DNA of 64,000 nucleotides. Source: Azolla caroliniana. Lineage: Eukaryota > Plantae > Polypodiophyta. Made by a program: the position numbers and the translations under genes. Under the pieces are notes generated by a model. The model was not told the origin of the DNA, did no database searches, and saw only the letters and a list, made by a program, of their open reading frames with translations. Positions 61,701-64,000 of this stretch are shown one piece after another. The stretch's first letter is position 1; every line of letters starts with the position of its first letter. The stretch is taken from assembly GCA_043228905.1 (NCBI GenBank), contig JBHGNT010000008.1:7998001-8062000 (forward strand), given 5' to 3'.

Positions 61701-64000
61701 CCATACTCTAATAGATGGTTCACATTTCCAAAGAAAGATATTTCTCTAAGATTCATTCAAGATCTACAACCAGTCAACAAAGTCACAATCCGAAATGCAG
61801 GAATCGAGCCGATTGTTGATGAATTTGCAGAAGCTTTTGACGGAAGAGCGATTTACTTTGTGGGAGACCTATATTCAGGATATGACCAATTTCAACTAGC
61901 AATTGATAGTCGCAATATCACAACAATGAAAACACCAATTGGGTTAGTTCGAATGTGCACTCTACCTCAAGGTGCGACAAATTCAGTAGCTCATATGATG
62001 AATGCAATGAACAAAGTTCTACATGAATACATCCCAAAGGTAACTATGCCTTTTTTAGATGATATTCCTATTAAGGGATGCTTAGAAAGAGAGAAAAATG
62101 AGACTATGGTTGGAAATGGTTGCAGAAAGTTTGTGATGGATCACATTAATGATTGTGAAAATATTTTAAACAAGCTTGAGCAAGTACATTTGACACTATC
62201 AGGAACAAAGTCAAGCTTTGGGCAGAACAAAGTTTTGATAGTTGGTCATATGTGTGGCTAGTATGGGAGGAAGCCATCACCGATCAAAATTAACGCAATA
62301 CAAAATATGAAGGAGGTTTGCGAATCGGTAACAGAGGTGAGAAGATTTTTAGGTGCACGTGTGTTTTATCATATTTGGTTACCACACTTTGCACATGTAT
62401 CAGATCCTCTCTACCAACTTTTACGAAAAGGGAAGAAGTTTATTTGGATTGATGAACATACACAAGTTGTTCAACAATTGAAAGAAGCATGATTGAAAGC
62501 ACCGGTTCTTCGTCAACCAGTAGATCGACAAATCCCAAAGTTACTTCTCGCTCTCCTTCTAGTTTACCTACTACGGTTCCAGAGTGTAAAAGGAAAGACT
62601 TTGTTTGAAATGGCTGAAAGATTGGAAAATATCCGAGTACCTGAAAGGGCTAGTTATATATGTGTGATAATGCTTGAACTAAGCCGAATAGCTTCTCACT
62701 TGCTATGACTTGGACCCTTCCTTGTGGATATCGGTGCTCAAACTCTATGTTGCATTACAGACCAATTATAGTAACAGTTGATACTAGCCCAATCGGGATC
62801 AGTTGGGTTATCAACCAAGAAGATGAAGAACAACATTGATATGCTATTAGATTTGGAGCAAAGATATTAAATGAAAGACAAAGAAACTATGCACAAGTTA
62901 AACGAGAATTGTGGGGTATGCTTACTGCATTAAAAACAAATAGAGATCACTTGATCAGAGCAGATGTAGTGGTTGAAATAGATTGTCTACCACTCATCGG
63001 AAAGATAGCAAGTTGCACCACACTAGATATTGCAATGCTTCGGTGGATTGCATACATTAGAACCATGAACCCAGAATTATGGAATATAAAGGGCAAAGAG
63101 AACCCAGTCGCAGATATGTTGCCAAGAGCAAGGTTCATAAATGAAAGGGTGATGCAAGCTGAAGATAAGAATTGGGCAACCACAAGCCATCAAGTTGCTC
63201 ATCAAGTATCTATTAAGCCTCATGATGAGTTTAATGTAAGTATAATGTTCAAGGATATGGAGTATGAAGGTCAATGGTTAGAAATAAGAAATTTTCTAAA
63301 GACTCAAGAAGCCAACCCATCATGGTCGAAGAAACAATTAAATGAATTTCGAAGACAAGCATTCAAGTTTTTTTTACATGAAGGGCATTTATGGAGGCGT
63401 CCAAAAAGGCCAACCAAAAATCCTCTTCGAGTAATTTGTAAGGATGACATTAAGAGAAAATTAATTAATGAATTCCATGATAGTTTGTGGGCAGGACATA
63501 GAGGCATATGGGTGACATATATGAAGTTTAAAGAAAAGTATTGGTGGCCACATATGTATAAAGATGTAACGAAATTTGTGGAAACCTGTGAGGTCTGCCA
63601 GAGGTATTCAACTATCTGGTATCAAGATGAGCTAAAACCAACATATTCATCATCAATGCATTATAAATGGATGGTTGATCTAGTGACAATACTACTTGGG
63701 GAAGGTCAAATGCGATATTTAGTACTAGCAAGAGAAGACCTTACAAACCAAGTAGAAGGAAGACCACTACGACAAAAAACAACTAGAGTTGTATGTAATT
63801 TTTTGTTAGAATATGTAATATGTCGTTATGAGTGTGTTGGTAAAATAATTGCAGATAGAGGAGAACTTGACTCTGATGAAGCTAGAGAATTCTTTAGCCG
63901 AATAGGGGTCAAATTATCACTTACAGTTGCGTATAATCCAGAAGCCAATGGAAAGATTGAAAGAGGACATAGCCCAATAGTTAAGGCGATCATGAAAAGC
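58756..64000 (+). mobile_element. Decayed Ty3/gypsy element Z (gag-PR-RT-RH-INT), fungal-like RT signature; runs off the window
   Basis: IGMFDGTNIS; CMWCDSLEHRLCDC; ALIDHGSEIN; DLYSGYDQ, LPQGATNSV, PFLDDIPIKG; VTVDTSP; HDSLWAGHRG; ANGKIERGH; many stops. Confidence 0.92.
62614..62745 (+). pseudogene. ndhH: Plastid ndhH fragment (NUPT) inside Z pol
   Basis: Translates [42 protein letters not shown], recognisable as NdhH (..[35 protein letters not shown]). Confidence 0.9.

Overview
Plant nuclear DNA, probably from a non-seed plant such as a fern or lycophyte (inferred from the transposon lineages and the ndhH fragment). It is mostly decayed, nested transposons around one intact host gene, a two-exon CYP78A (KLUH-like) cytochrome P450 at 45071-46995. 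Bases 1-25.5 kb are a nest: an old copia (C3) was hit by a Tnt1/Tork-like copia (C2). C2 then received a non-chromovirus gypsy (G-A, itself hit by a sister copia C1), a gag-only LTR element (W) and a Tcn1-like chromovirus (T). Next come a LINE split by a nearly intact hAT transposon, a truncated gypsy (G-B), a hAT MITE and a LINE fragment upstream of CYP78A. A second nest at 52.6-64 kb holds copia C4, LTR X, gag-only element Y and a fungal-like gypsy Z carrying a plastid ndhH fragment. Strongest signals: (i) T has no tRNA primer site but a perfect 12-nt complement to its own predicted transcript start (Tf1-type self-priming) behind an array of heat-shock elements; (ii) two gag-only elements with tRNA-Trp-type primer sites (4-bp TSD in the complete copy W) whose Gag matches the pol-bearing element Z; (iii) a plastid ndhH piece inserted in Z pol. 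All calls are from visual reading; no database searches were run.
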